DNA of 64,000 nt, from IMG/VR virus record IMGVR_UViG_2645727757_000001, positions 121,365 through 185,364 of that record; one strand, written 5' to 3'. Of the stretch, positions 17,990-29,245 are shown piece after piece (the stretch's first letter is position 1; the number at the start of each line of letters is the position of its first letter). The notes below the pieces were generated by a model, which was not told the DNA's origin, ran no database searches, and saw only the letters and a program-made list of their open reading frames with translations. The translations under genes were made by a program, and so were the position numbers. The DNA comes from a virus. Its lineage: Duplodnaviria; Caudoviricetes.

Positions 17990-18960
17990 TGGATATAGCG
18001 TCAGAGATATTATCATATAGACCTAAAATAAAACAACATAGGAATAAATCTATTGAACATATAACAATAGAAAATATATCTGGAGATACATCATCTTATT
18101 GTTTTAATTCGGCTTTTGATAATAAGCCTAGTGTTACAATACAAAGCATAAAAAATGATATTTTATATTGCAAAGATGTGTTAAATGATTTAGAGCTTAA
18201 AGCAGTTAATAAGTATGGTGGAAGTGGCTTTAATGATAAGCTAGATGATTTGATTAAGGAAAATGATTGCATAGGTGGAGATAATGTTTATGAGGTATAC
18301 AAAATAGTAAGGGATGACTACAAGGCATTATCAAGTTTATACGATACTTATGTCAATCTCTTATTTGGATATGATGATCCTAAGACCATAGAAAATAATT
18401 TATTACAACAAATAACTGAATTAGAAACAGGAGAGTATGAAGATAGGGAATGTATAAATTACACTCTTATGGCTTATGATTCACTTGTAAGTTCAGTTTT
18501 AATAAATTATTCATCATCTATATCAAGGTTGACAAAGGAATTTTACGATACTATTGATAAAAATATTGATGATGAAATAACAAATCATTCAGATAGCATG
18601 GCAAGAATATTTAAAGAAAAATTTGAAAGAGCTAATAAAAACAATATAGCAAGAAGAGAACAATGCAATTCTGATAATCTTATTAAAATAAATAATATTT
18701 TATGCAACATATTTGAACAAAGGGACATTATAGAAGATGTACAAGCAACATATGTTGACATAGATAAGAGCAATCCATCTGACTATATAACTATATTAAT
18801 TCAAGCATTGAATGATGAAATTAATCTAGGTTTTGATATGATAAACGATTTAATAAAAACAACAATTCTTACCGTTGTTAGCAGGGAAGAATATAATAAA
18901 ATTTTATGTGAAAAAGAAAATTTAAATATATACTATGAAAAAATAATCGGAGGTGTATAA
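17989..18960 (+). CDS. Hypothetical helical protein
   Basis: 323-aa ORF coupled to terL. Confidence 0.7.
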   Translation: MDIASEILSYRPKIKQHRNKSIEHITIENISGDTSSYCFNSAFDNKPSVTIQSIKNDILYCKDVLNDLELKAVNKYGGSGFNDKLDDLIKENDCIGGDNVYEVYKIVRDDYKALSSLYDTYVNLLFGYDDPKTIENNLLQQITELETGEYEDRECINYTLMAYDSLVSSVLINYSSSISRLTKEFYDTIDKNIDDEITNHSDSMARIFKEKFERANKNNIARREQCNSDNLIKINNILCNIFEQRDIIEDVQATYVDIDKSNPSDYITILIQALNDEINLGFDMINDLIKTTILTVVSREEYNKILCEKENLNIYYEKIIGGV

Positions 18961-18962
18961 AA

Positions 18963-19022
18963 ATGGGTTGTAAAACTAAGAAAACTACAAAAAAGAAAAC
19001 TACAAAAAAGAAAGGAAAATAG
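18963..19022 (+). CDS. 19-aa lysine-rich peptide MGCKTKKTTKKKTTKKKGK
   Basis: Strong RBS GGAGGTG before ATG; fills the gap between two ORFs. Confidence 0.5.
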   Translation: MGCKTKKTTKKKTTKKKGK

Positions 19023-19025
19023 TAT

Positions 19026-19259
19026 ATGGCTGTTAAGAGAAGAAGAGAAAAGAAAAATAAAATGAAAGAGCTTATCAAAAATAGTAGAAAGATAAAATGC
19101 TGTTTCTGTGATGCAAAAGAAAATTGCAAAAGAAGAGCATACAAGGAGAAAAGCGAAGAAATGGGTATAAATACTTATTGCAGCATTACTCCTAATAAGA
19201 AAAAGAAAGTTAAAAAGAAAAAGAAGAGCTTTATGGAAAAAGCAATTTTTAGCTTATAA
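19026..19259 (+). CDS. Basic Cys-containing hypothetical protein
   Basis: CCFCDAKENC...YC; very K/R-rich. Confidence 0.6.
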   Translation: MAVKRRREKKNKMKELIKNSRKIKCCFCDAKENCKRRAYKEKSEEMGINTYCSITPNKKKKVKKKKKSFMEKAIFSL

Positions 19260-19776
19260 ACTTATATTTCTATAGAAATATATAATTATACTTATATAAT
19301 TTAATATTTTTATATAAATATATTTATATAAAAATATAGATATATAAAAATATACAAATTTAAATATATAAAATTATAGATATATAAATATATAGATATA
19401 TAGATATATAGATATATAAAATTATATTTTAAAAAGTATATTTTAAAAAGTATATAAAAGCTAATAAATGTAGGATAATACCCTATATTTATATATTTTT
19501 TAACTTTCAGAGGAATATTTAACCATATATAGATAAAAATTACTATGGAATTTTTATCGTGTAGATTATTAATTGTTTTTATAAGAGATATAAATTTATA
19601 AATAATATATTTATATCTCTATAAAACAATAAATATATTATTTATTAAAAATATATTTTTATAATTATATAAAACAATATAAATATAATTTTATATTTAT
19701 AAAATTTAATAAATAAATAATTATATAAAAATATAAATTTATATTTATATATGTATATAAATATTGATTTATATGT

Positions 19777-20730
19777 TTGGGAGGGGAATTTATGATAGAC
19801 GTTGGACTTAAAAAAGCACTTAAAGTAGCTGTTCGTGGTGGTCATAATAAATTAGTACCTGGTTCTAATGGCTTAATAAATGAAGTTACAGAGGACAGAT
19901 TAGTAAAAAATGAAGTAGTAGCATTACTTAAAAATATTAAGAATGTAAGTGTACTTGATGTAACTTCTGAAACTTCTAATACTATTAATTCAGATTTAGC
20001 ATATGGAGTTTCAAAAGCTAATTCATGGGGTGCTCATACATTTGTATCTATTCACTTTAATAATGCCTACAAAACATATAAAGGTGCTATAGGACATGAA
20101 ACATTAGTCTATGGAACAGCATCAGCTAGAGCAAAGGCTATTCAAAAAAATATTGTTTCACTTGGTTTTAAAGATAGAGGTGTAAAGAAAAGACCTGATT
20201 TATATGAACTTAGAATGACAGATATGGAAGCTATGATTGTTGAAGTATGCTTCGTAGAAGCTACAGAAGATGTTGCTTTATATAAGAAAGTAGGATATAA
20301 AGCTATAGCTAAAAAAATAGTAGAAGGTATAGTCGGTGCAAAAATAGATGAAGCACAAAAACCAGTACCATCAAAACCAGCACCATCAAAACCTAAAGAG
20401 ACTTGGGAAAATTATATTACAGGAGAAGATGTTAAGTCTCTTCAAAAAGAATTAAATTCTCAATTCAATGCAGGACTAAGTGTTGATGGTTACTTTGGAG
20501 ATAATACAATAGCTAAACTAGTAATTGTAAAAAGAGGTGCTAGTGGAAGCATAACTAAAATAATTCAAAAGAGATTAACAGCTAAAAAATTCAATGTCGG
20601 CAAAGCTGGATGTGATGGAGTTTTTGGAGCTGGTACTGAAACTGCTGTAAAGGAAATCCAAAAAGTTAATAAGCTAACTATAGATGGGATAGTTGGAACT
20701 AACACTTGGAAAGCTTTATATAGAAAATAA
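19777..20730 (+). CDS. Endolysin: N-acetylmuramoyl-L-alanine amidase (Amidase_3) with two peptidoglycan-binding domains
   Basis: GGH...E, FVSIHFN, IVEVCFV; VDGYFGDNT and IDGIVGTNTW PG_binding_1 motifs. Confidence 0.9.
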   Translation: MGGEFMIDVGLKKALKVAVRGGHNKLVPGSNGLINEVTEDRLVKNEVVALLKNIKNVSVLDVTSETSNTINSDLAYGVSKANSWGAHTFVSIHFNNAYKTYKGAIGHETLVYGTASARAKAIQKNIVSLGFKDRGVKKRPDLYELRMTDMEAMIVEVCFVEATEDVALYKKVGYKAIAKKIVEGIVGAKIDEAQKPVPSKPAPSKPKETWENYITGEDVKSLQKELNSQFNAGLSVDGYFGDNTIAKLVIVKRGASGSITKIIQKRLTAKKFNVGKAGCDGVFGAGTETAVKEIQKVNKLTIDGIVGTNTWKALYRK

Positions 20731-20750
20731 TCAAGAAAGGGGGGAAACGT

Positions 20751-20960
20751 ATGAAAGACAGACTTAAAAATATAGGATTTTGGACATCATTAATCGCATT
20801 AATTCCAATAGTAGGAATGATGTTTTTTGATTATTCATTCCCACCGGAATACGAGGCATTTGGAAATTCCTTAGTAGCTTTACTAGTTGCTTTAGGAATA
20901 GTAAACAACCCTACAACTAGAAACAAAGGATTCTTTGATGATAAGAAAGATAAGCAATGA
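20751..20960 (+). CDS. Holin
   Basis: Two TM segments, RLKNIGFW and LGIVNNPTT motifs, charged C-terminus, next to endolysin. Confidence 0.85.
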   Translation: MKDRLKNIGFWTSLIALIPIVGMMFFDYSFPPEYEAFGNSLVALLVALGIVNNPTTRNKGFFDDKKDKQ

Positions 20961-22756
20961 TAATTACAGATAAAATAAAGAAATGGATGATGAAAAGCCT
21001 ATTTAATATAGGTGTAAAAGCTGGGTATGAAGCATCTGTAAAAGATGCTTCAACTCAATCTTATGATGAGATTTCTGGTATAGTCGGAAGGGTTGGGCTA
21101 AGAAACGGGGATTCTCAAAGTAATGATTTTGAGGAAGCTGAATATGACTTAGAAGTTATAAGTAATGCTTACGATGGTGATGCGTATATAAGACAAGGTG
21201 TCGATAAATACGTTGACCAAGTATTTAAAGAAGGACATGGGTTTTATGGAAAAGATGAAGGTGCTGTTGAGTATATAAAAGCTAGATTCCAGTATATGTC
21301 TGAAACAACAAAAGTTCCTACAGAACAATTATTAATAGAAATAGTTGAGGATGTAGTTAAATTCTCGAATGCTATGGTAGTTAAAGTTAGAATGAAAGAC
21401 CAAAAGGAGTTACCACAAGGTTATAACATAACTGGAATAAACGGTAATGAGCCTACGGTTGGGCTTTTCTGTATTAACCCAACAACATTAACTGTAAAAA
21501 GAGATAAATATGGAACAGTAAAGCAATGGCAACAAGAAGTTGATGGTTCTGATACTAAAGCTAAGTTTAATGCAGCAGATGTTGTACATTTCTATTATAA
21601 GAGAGAAAGGGGTAATGCCTTTGGAACACCTTTCTTACATTCTGTATTAGATGATGTAAGAGCTTTAAGACAAGCAGAAGAAAATGCATTAAAAATGCTT
21701 TATAGAAATGTTTATCCTTTAATCCATGCACAAATAGGAGATAAAGAAAAAACAGGAACAAAAAAAGAAATAAGTGAATTTACAGATACAGCTAACAGTA
21801 TGGATGTTGAAACTGGAATCTTAGTTACAAGTGAAAGAGTTAATCTTAAACCAATAGCAACTGACCAAGTTGTAGAGAGTGCTCCTTATTTGGAGTATCT
21901 AGAACAAAGAGTTTTCTCTGGAATGGGTATACCAGCTATTTTATTTGGTAGAGGTGAAGGTGCTAGTAGAAGTACTGGTGACAATATGACTACAGAAATG
22001 GCTGGAAGAGTTAGAGCTATACAAAGAACAATAGAAATGTTCTTTAATGGTTTTATAATAAGAGAAATGCTATTAGAAGGTGGCTATGATCCACTATTAA
22101 ATCCAGATCACAACGTTGAATTTAGATTCAAGGAAAATGATGTTGATACATTAATTAAAAAAGATGTACACGCAGTATACCTATATGAACATAATGCTAT
22201 AGATGAAAATGAAATGAGGTCATTACTTGGAAGAGATCCTGTAACGGATAGAAGTTTAATGCACCAAAACCTAATAACAAACGAAAATTACGAGGTACAA
22301 GCCGAAATAGATGCTAGATATGAGAATAGCACATCTACAAGTACTAGCACATCTACAAGTACTAGTAACTCTACTGCAAGTAAAACTAGTGAAACTGACT
22401 CAAAAGAAACTCCAACAAATCAACACGGAACAAAAAGCTCACCTAAAAAACAAACAAATTCCCAATTAGATATGTTAGAAGGAATAATAAAAGATGAATT
22501 TGACAATGTAATAGATCACTCCAGAGGAAAAAACGGAGAAAGATTGTCATTTGAAATAAAAAACTTATATGATTCTATAAAAATAATGTCAGAAATGTTA
22601 CAAATTTACAATTCGGAAGAGTATATAAAAAGAGTAGAAGGATATTTAAATTCAAAAGCAGATTATATTAGTCAAATAAATAATTATGAAGAGAATTTAA
22701 ATACATTAGCTTCTATGAAAGAAGAAGTTGTAAATATTTTGAGAAAGGAGATATAA
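20957..22756 (+). CDS. Portal protein
   Basis: DVVHFYY...AFGTPFL, GMGIPAILFG, NEMRSLLGRDP; position before protease/capsid. Confidence 0.8.
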   Translation: MIITDKIKKWMMKSLFNIGVKAGYEASVKDASTQSYDEISGIVGRVGLRNGDSQSNDFEEAEYDLEVISNAYDGDAYIRQGVDKYVDQVFKEGHGFYGKDEGAVEYIKARFQYMSETTKVPTEQLLIEIVEDVVKFSNAMVVKVRMKDQKELPQGYNITGINGNEPTVGLFCINPTTLTVKRDKYGTVKQWQQEVDGSDTKAKFNAADVVHFYYKRERGNAFGTPFLHSVLDDVRALRQAEENALKMLYRNVYPLIHAQIGDKEKTGTKKEISEFTDTANSMDVETGILVTSERVNLKPIATDQVVESAPYLEYLEQRVFSGMGIPAILFGRGEGASRSTGDNMTTEMAGRVRAIQRTIEMFFNGFIIREMLLEGGYDPLLNPDHNVEFRFKENDVDTLIKKDVHAVYLYEHNAIDENEMRSLLGRDPVTDRSLMHQNLITNENYEVQAEIDARYENSTSTSTSTSTSTSNSTASKTSETDSKETPTNQHGTKSSPKKQTNSQLDMLEGIIKDEFDNVIDHSRGKNGERLSFEIKNLYDSIKIMSEMLQIYNSEEYIKRVEGYLNSKADYISQINNYEENLNTLASMKEEVVNILRKEI

Positions 22757-22758
22757 GG

Positions 22759-24333
22759 TTGAAAGATATTAGAAAATTAAAACCTGCTATTGCTGGATTA
22801 ACTATGTCTTTAACTGATTCAACTAGTAATACAAATATTGTTACATTAACTGATGCTAACAATAAAGAATTTAATATAGATATTAATAATTTATCTCATA
22901 TAGTTGAAGATGCTGAAAATGATAACTGCAATATTCAAGACAATGAAAATCCAATAATTAATTTTGAGCCTAGTATTACAGATTCAGAAGGAAAAGACAT
23001 TAATATATCTGACGCAATATCAAGTATTAATTCTGGTAACGGAGAAATAGTTGCTGTAGATGCGTTAATAGAAGTTACACACTCTGGACTAAATGATAAT
23101 AATTTTGTTTACAATTCAGAAGATTTAGAAGAAGGAGTAACAACTTGGCTAACTCCATTTAAAAAGCCATTATTAAAAAATCATGATTTAGATAGTGAGC
23201 CTGTTGGAAGAGTTATAGACGCTTATCATGGCAAATCAGATATTGCAAATGATAGAGATACTTTAAATGTTACATTTAGAGTTACAGATAAAGATGCAAT
23301 GGTTAAGCTACTTGATAAAAGATATAAGACTGTTTCGATAGGAGCTAGTGCTGGTAAAGTCAAATGTAATGTGTGCGGAAAAGACATATTAAAGGATGGA
23401 GCATTTAAATTCTGTGGCCATTATAAAGGTGAAATTTACAACGGAGAGAAAGCTACTTGGACAGCTTCTATGTTTAATTTTAAAGAATGTTCAATAGTAA
23501 ATAATCCTGCTGATAAATATGCACAAATTAAAAATATCAAGCTTGTTAAAAAGCAAGACATTGATACTCCTGGTGTTAATGATAGCGATAATGAACCAGA
23601 CATATTAGATGCATTAGATGATGCAATAAAAAACTCTAATGTAAATGATTCTGTAGATAACGCTGACAATAATGAAACACCAGAAAATAATAATCCAGAT
23701 ATTAATGATAATAATAACCCATCAAATGATGAACCAGATAATCAAGATGGTAATAATAATGAAGATATTACTGATACTGAATATAAAGAAAAGTATGAAA
23801 AAGCATTATCAGATTTAAATGATGCAAATACAAATATTGCAACTTTAAATGATTCTGTAACTGAAAAAGATAATGAGATAAATACTTTAAATGATTCTAT
23901 ATCTGAAAAGAATAATAAGATTAACTCATTAAACAATGAATTATCAGTTGTTAGAGATGAATTAAATAAGAGCAAGGAAAACTTCTTATCAGTATCAATT
24001 TTATACAAGCAATCTTTAATTGATTATATAGTTAGCAAAAAAGTGGCTAATAACTTAATAGATGAAAAAGATATAGATAGTGAAAAAGCTAGTCTATTAA
24101 TTCATTCAACTAAAGAGTTAAAAAATATTAATGATGAATTGAAGATTGAAAACAGTATTAAAAATACTGTTAAAGATACTTCTATACCTACAGTTACAAA
24201 TCCATCTTTAGCTGATAACACTAATGGTAATGTTATCGAAGATGAAAATGAAGATGAATTAAATGTTAAGGATGATAAAAAGAAACCTATAACATTAAAA
24301 GATATAGAAGAAAAATATTTAGAAATATTATAA
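22759..24333 (+). CDS. Prohead protease / scaffold fusion
   Basis: PLLKNHD...PVGRV, YKTVSIG, ECSIVNNPAD; acidic linker and coiled-coil C-terminus. Confidence 0.78.
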   Translation: MKDIRKLKPAIAGLTMSLTDSTSNTNIVTLTDANNKEFNIDINNLSHIVEDAENDNCNIQDNENPIINFEPSITDSEGKDINISDAISSINSGNGEIVAVDALIEVTHSGLNDNNFVYNSEDLEEGVTTWLTPFKKPLLKNHDLDSEPVGRVIDAYHGKSDIANDRDTLNVTFRVTDKDAMVKLLDKRYKTVSIGASAGKVKCNVCGKDILKDGAFKFCGHYKGEIYNGEKATWTASMFNFKECSIVNNPADKYAQIKNIKLVKKQDIDTPGVNDSDNEPDILDALDDAIKNSNVNDSVDNADNNETPENNNPDINDNNNPSNDEPDNQDGNNNEDITDTEYKEKYEKALSDLNDANTNIATLNDSVTEKDNEINTLNDSISEKNNKINSLNNELSVVRDELNKSKENFLSVSILYKQSLIDYIVSKKVANNLIDEKDIDSEKASLLIHSTKELKNINDELKIENSIKNTVKDTSIPTVTNPSLADNTNGNVIEDENEDELNVKDDKKKPITLKDIEEKYLEIL

Positions 24334-24347
24334 AGGGAGGAAGCGAA

Positions 24348-25547
24348 ATGGCTTTATTTCAAGGAACTGAAAGAATAAACGGTTCAAGATCACATACTAA
24401 GCTAGTTGTATCTGGTCACGATTCACCAGCACAAGATTGGCTTATAGATCCAACATTTATGGATGCAACAATGAAGGCTGCATTTGATGAAGGAGTATTA
24501 TTCCACTACGATTACGGTGGTCCTGGAATGGAAGATGTTGTTATACCAATGGGAAGAGTTGTTGGTGTTGCAGCTCCAGTAAAAGACTTCACACAAGGAG
24601 TTTATAAGACTACTTTATCTCTACCAGGAATAGCTACAGATAATAATACTGTAGGGGTAGCTCCTTATAACTTCTGTAAAGATTATTTCCAACAAGATAG
24701 ATTTGGAGGAAATAAACCTTCTATTATAACAACTAACTATTTATCTCTTCCTTATATTCCATCAGTAGAACCTGCATCATCTTTTGATAAAGCTGGTTTA
24801 TTAGATGAAGAAAAGAGAATATCAAAAGATTTAAAGATGCCTTGGGGCGCAGTAATAGGAGCTGGAGTTACAGAAGGTTGCTATTTAAAATCAACTCCAT
24901 CTGGAAGATTAACTAAATGGAAAAAAGGAACAGATGATTTTGTTGATGTAGTAGGACAAGTACTTGCTACTGACTTCAACTCTGAACCATTCGGTTGGGA
25001 AAAATGGATGTTATGGGACCCATCAGTAAGACATGAAGATGATATGTATATCAATAGAAGTGGTTCTTCTGATCTTCCATCAGATTCAGGCTATCCATTC
25101 AGTCCAGAATATGCAGAAGGAAATACAGTATTCCAAAGTTATCAATCTCAAACTGTAAATAATCCAACTGGTATTCCAGGATTACACGATGGTAGCGGTA
25201 ATTTCACAGGATTCGGTAAAAATGATACTGAATACAAGAACATAGCTTTAGGTAAAGTTCCTACAATTGAAGTAGACGATACAGTTATCGTTATAAATGC
25301 TAAAGACTATGCAGGTGGAAACCTTAAAAACCTTCAAGAAGATTCAGTTGAAATAAAAGTAAATGATGTAAAAGTTACAGAAGGTCTATCAATAGATTAT
25401 GAAGAAGGTACTATATCATTCCCTGTAAAGACATCTCAAACAGGACAAGCAATAACAGGAAGCTATAAAGCTTTCCATTATGGAACACCAACATACCTAG
25501 ACTTTAAAGGCGTTGTTGGAGCAGTATTCGTACTGTTAAAGAAATAA
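24348..25547 (+). CDS. Probable capsid decoration / head structural protein
   Basis: Between protease and major capsid; VVIPMGRVV motif. Confidence 0.55.
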   Translation: MALFQGTERINGSRSHTKLVVSGHDSPAQDWLIDPTFMDATMKAAFDEGVLFHYDYGGPGMEDVVIPMGRVVGVAAPVKDFTQGVYKTTLSLPGIATDNNTVGVAPYNFCKDYFQQDRFGGNKPSIITTNYLSLPYIPSVEPASSFDKAGLLDEEKRISKDLKMPWGAVIGAGVTEGCYLKSTPSGRLTKWKKGTDDFVDVVGQVLATDFNSEPFGWEKWMLWDPSVRHEDDMYINRSGSSDLPSDSGYPFSPEYAEGNTVFQSYQSQTVNNPTGIPGLHDGSGNFTGFGKNDTEYKNIALGKVPTIEVDDTVIVINAKDYAGGNLKNLQEDSVEIKVNDVKVTEGLSIDYEEGTISFPVKTSQTGQAITGSYKAFHYGTPTYLDFKGVVGAVFVLLKK

Positions 25548-25561
25548 TAGGGGGAGAGATT

Positions 25562-26749
25562 ATGTCAATAATTTTATTAGATAAAATTAAAGAAGCTAAA
25601 AAGAGAATGCAAGAAGACATAGAAGGTAAATTAGCTAATAATGGTAATATAACTGACTATGATACTTCTGTATATGAGTTAAGTGACGAAGATGCCGAAA
25701 TAATGGATTACTTCGTTAGATCACAAAATGGAGAAACTGTTCCAGGATTTAATTTACAAGATTTCTTAGGAACTCCACAAGCTAAAGTGTTAATTCCTAG
25801 AGTTTTAATAGGAACAATGAGAAAGGCGCAAGAACCTTATTATGTAGCAAGTGAATTCTTCAAAAAAGTAAGATTAAAAAATAGTTCAAGTATAATTTTA
25901 CCATCTATAGGGGTAATGAAAGCTCATGATATACCAGAAGGAGCTGAAATTCCAGCAGAAACACTAGACTGGCAAAAACACAAAAATAAACACATTTACG
26001 CTACTAAGAGCGGTATCAGATTACAATATAGTGAAGATACAATGAAAGAGTGTGAATTTGATTTATTAAACATTATGGTTTCAGAAGCTGGTCGTGCACT
26101 TGTAAGACACGCAGAACAAAAAGCATTTATAGAATTACTAAAACATGGTCATCCAGTATTCGATAATGCTTTAAGAGCAAAAGATCCTAAGACTTGGGCT
26201 GCTGCTGGAACAACAGGAATGGACTTTAATGGAAACTTCAATGATACATTATCAATTGATGATTTACTTGATATTTGCATTGCTATTTTAAATAATGAAT
26301 ACACACCTACTGATATGGTTATTCATAGTTTAGCTTGGACTGCTTTCGCTAAATCTGGATTAACTGGTGCTTTCACAGCATTAAAGGAAAAAGATACTAA
26401 GGCTGAAAATCCAGTAAAAGGATTCAAGCTTGGACCAGAAAGTATGCAAGGAAGATTACCATTCTCATTTAACGTAAAATTATCACCATTTGCACCTATC
26501 AACAAGAAAGCACGTAGATTCGATACTATTTGCGTTGATAAGAACAATGTTGGTGTTAAGATTATAAAATATGACCTAAAGACAGAAGAGTTTAGAGATC
26601 CTGCTAGAGATATTCAAAACTTAAAAATGGTAGAAGCTTATGGATACGGAACATACAACGAAGGAAGAGCAGTAGCTTTAGCTAGAAATATTTCAATGGC
26701 TAGATCATGGGCTTATCCAGACAGAGTTGTTAATATCCAAACTAAATAA
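25562..26749 (+). CDS. Major capsid protein (HK97-like)
   Basis: AHDIPEGAEIP, KSGIRLQYSED, EAGRALVRHAEQKAF, YTPTDMVIH; synteny. Confidence 0.82.
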   Translation: MSIILLDKIKEAKKRMQEDIEGKLANNGNITDYDTSVYELSDEDAEIMDYFVRSQNGETVPGFNLQDFLGTPQAKVLIPRVLIGTMRKAQEPYYVASEFFKKVRLKNSSSIILPSIGVMKAHDIPEGAEIPAETLDWQKHKNKHIYATKSGIRLQYSEDTMKECEFDLLNIMVSEAGRALVRHAEQKAFIELLKHGHPVFDNALRAKDPKTWAAAGTTGMDFNGNFNDTLSIDDLLDICIAILNNEYTPTDMVIHSLAWTAFAKSGLTGAFTALKEKDTKAENPVKGFKLGPESMQGRLPFSFNVKLSPFAPINKKARRFDTICVDKNNVGVKIIKYDLKTEEFRDPARDIQNLKMVEAYGYGTYNEGRAVALARNISMARSWAYPDRVVNIQTK

Positions 26750-26779
26750 TCTTTGATATTAAAATAATACGTTAAGTAT

Positions 26780-27178
26780 ATGAAAAGGAGAAAGAAGATG
26801 GGTAAGCATACTTTAAAGCTAGATACTACTATAAGGGAAAATTACTCATTCTTCTGTCCCGATTCTGGGCTACATTTAGACTTACTAAGACCAGAAGCAA
26901 CTATTGAATTAGAAAGTCTAACTCCTTCTATAAGAAGAGCTATTGATTCTAAAACATTAATATATGTAGATGGTGAATTTGTATTTGAAAATTGTCCTTC
27001 ATGCGGATATTTAGAAGAATCAATTCCAGAGCCACCACCAGAGCCACCATTAGAGAGCGATAGTGGACTTGGAGGACCAGAAGAGGACGGAATGGAAGAG
27101 TTAGCTTCTTTAGAAGTAAAAGAAGTTAAAAAAGAAAGTAAAACTAAAAAAGCTGCAACAAGAACAAAGAAAAAATAA
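26780..27178 (+). CDS. Hypothetical head-associated protein
   Basis: ORF after capsid; proline- and lysine-rich tail. Confidence 0.6.
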   Translation: MKRRKKMGKHTLKLDTTIRENYSFFCPDSGLHLDLLRPEATIELESLTPSIRRAIDSKTLIYVDGEFVFENCPSCGYLEESIPEPPPEPPLESDSGLGGPEEDGMEELASLEVKEVKKESKTKKAATRTKKK

Positions 27179-27193
27179 TTGGAGGTGATGTAA

Positions 27194-28699
27194 ATGGTAA
27201 ATACAGTAGAAACTGTAGGAATAGTTGTAAATTCTATATATCCATTAAAAAAATCAACTGATGTTCCTATAGATACAATAATAGAATTAGAGTTTAATAC
27301 AGATTTAAAAATAGGTTCCTTATTTGATTCAGTTAAGCTTTATAAAAGTTTAGATGAAGATTTCAAGCATTTTGAAGAGTTAAAAGGTGAAATAACATAT
27401 TCAAGTAGGGTTATTAAATTTAAACCTAGTGAAAATCTTGAATCTAATACTTTATATAAAGTATCTATAGAAGAAGGGATTTTAAAGGATATAAACAATA
27501 ACACTATGCTAGTTCCATTTACATCATCTTTTAAAACAGCTAGAAATGAAAATATATCATATATAAATATTAATTATCCTAAAAATAATTCTATATTAAA
27601 TAAACTTGAATACATTAATATTTCATCTGACAAATTCTCTAGATATGATGTTCAAATTTCAAGTAAAAATGATTTTACTTCTATAGTATTTGAAAAATCA
27701 TATATTCCACAGGATGGAGATTATGATTCTATAACTATAATGCTAGATGATTTAAAACTTGAAGAAAGAAATTATTATATAAGAGTAGTTGATAAGGAAA
27801 ATAATATTTGTTCAAATCAAATTCAGATAGGAATATCAGATGTTAAAGAGTTTGATGAATTTGAAGAAACAGATTCATTCTTTGATGATATAGCATTAGT
27901 AAAAACTTTCCCTAGTAATGGTGCAATAAATGTAAGTAGGAAAATTAATCATGTTTATATTATAGTAACTGGAAATGTAAAGAAAGAAGATATAAATGAT
28001 TTTAATATTGAATATGTATCTCTTTCTGATGAAGATTCCAATGATTATTTAGAAATAAATCTTGATAATCTTATACTTGAATATAATAAGGAGAATGACA
28101 CAACTAGTATTTTTTATAAATTAAATACTGGAAATTCAGAATCAGTAACTAGAAAAAATAGTAATTCTTTTAATTATGGTCAAGTAGAAACTATAGAAGA
28201 AAACATGATATATAAAATTACAGCTAACATAAAGAATATTGATATATCATATCAATTTGTTAGTTATGTAAATCCTAAGTATTGTACTGTAAACCAAATA
28301 AGATTAGAAGCTGGGGAGTTTTTAGCAAGTATATCTGATATAGATATTATTAAAAAAATACATGAATATAGTTTAGAAGGATTGGAGCTTTACGAAGATC
28401 AAGTTGAATCTGATGTACCAACTAGAGCATTGAAAAGATGGGTTAAGTATTCTGTTCTAATAGATTTATGTAATAAAGCTTATATAGAGATAGCTGGAAA
28501 CAATGGTTCACAAAGCAAATCCATAGGTGATATTAACATATCTATTTCAAGGAGAATACCATATCTATCAGAAATCTTGAAACTATTCAAACAAGAACTT
28601 CAAGATGCTTTAGACAGTATGGACGATGATAGTATGTTTGCTACAGCACCTAGAGCTGGAAGTACAACTTATCCTTTAGATTCGAGGGTGGGGTTCTAA
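27194..28699 (+). CDS. Ig-like (Big_5) domain protein with probable head-tail connector C-terminus
   Basis: YPLKKSTDVPIDTIIELEFN, IKFKPSENLESNTLYKV; C-terminal SKSIGDINIS. Confidence 0.6.
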   Translation: MVNTVETVGIVVNSIYPLKKSTDVPIDTIIELEFNTDLKIGSLFDSVKLYKSLDEDFKHFEELKGEITYSSRVIKFKPSENLESNTLYKVSIEEGILKDINNNTMLVPFTSSFKTARNENISYININYPKNNSILNKLEYINISSDKFSRYDVQISSKNDFTSIVFEKSYIPQDGDYDSITIMLDDLKLEERNYYIRVVDKENNICSNQIQIGISDVKEFDEFEETDSFFDDIALVKTFPSNGAINVSRKINHVYIIVTGNVKKEDINDFNIEYVSLSDEDSNDYLEINLDNLILEYNKENDTTSIFYKLNTGNSESVTRKNSNSFNYGQVETIEENMIYKITANIKNIDISYQFVSYVNPKYCTVNQIRLEAGEFLASISDIDIIKKIHEYSLEGLELYEDQVESDVPTRALKRWVKYSVLIDLCNKAYIEIAGNNGSQSKSIGDINISISRRIPYLSEILKLFKQELQDALDSMDDDSMFATAPRAGSTTYPLDSRVGF

Positions 28700-28702
28700 T
28701 AT

Positions 28703-29245
28703 ATGATTTATAGAGATTTAATAGATTTAGAAGAACAATTTAATTATTTATTAAATAAGTTTGGAAGCAATATTATATATGTTAGACACAGCGAAATTAT
28801 GAAATGTGATTGTTATAATGAATTATTTAAAAAAGGTGATCCTAATTGTAATAATTGTTTAGGAAGTGGAAAAGCACTTGGACTTAGGATGTCTAAAATT
28901 ATAATAAAAAATAGTTTAGGTGATTATAAAGAAATGACTAGTGGATTTGAAATATCAAAATCGACTACATTATATATGCCTAATACTTATAAACCTAAAG
29001 CTGGAGATTACATTCTATTTGCTGAATATGATAAAAATGGTTATGTAGATAACGTAACCGATGTATATGAAGTTTCTTGTCCTAATGAAACAAGAGGCGA
29101 TAATGGAAAAATTGAATTCTTTAGTTTAAAAGGTATTTTAAGAAAAGATAAAACTATTTCATTCAACAAACTTATTAAAAATATGAATTCTTTTAAGAAA
29201 AAATTACTAAAGGATGGTAGGTGTATAGATGCTAGAAGGATTTGA
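28703..29245 (+). CDS. Probable head-closure / neck protein
   Basis: CDC...CNNCLGSG zinc motif, PKAGDYI; synteny. Confidence 0.5.
   Translation: MIYRDLIDLEEQFNYLLNKFGSNIIYVRHSEIMKCDCYNELFKKGDPNCNNCLGSGKALGLRMSKIIIKNSLGDYKEMTSGFEISKSTTLYMPNTYKPKAGDYILFAEYDKNGYVDNVTDVYEVSCPNETRGDNGKIEFFSLKGILRKDKTISFNKLIKNMNSFKKKLLKDGRCIDARRI

Noticed and set aside
22325-22380. agcacatctacaagtact tandem repeat
   Set aside because: Encodes a low-complexity Ser/Thr linker in the portal protein
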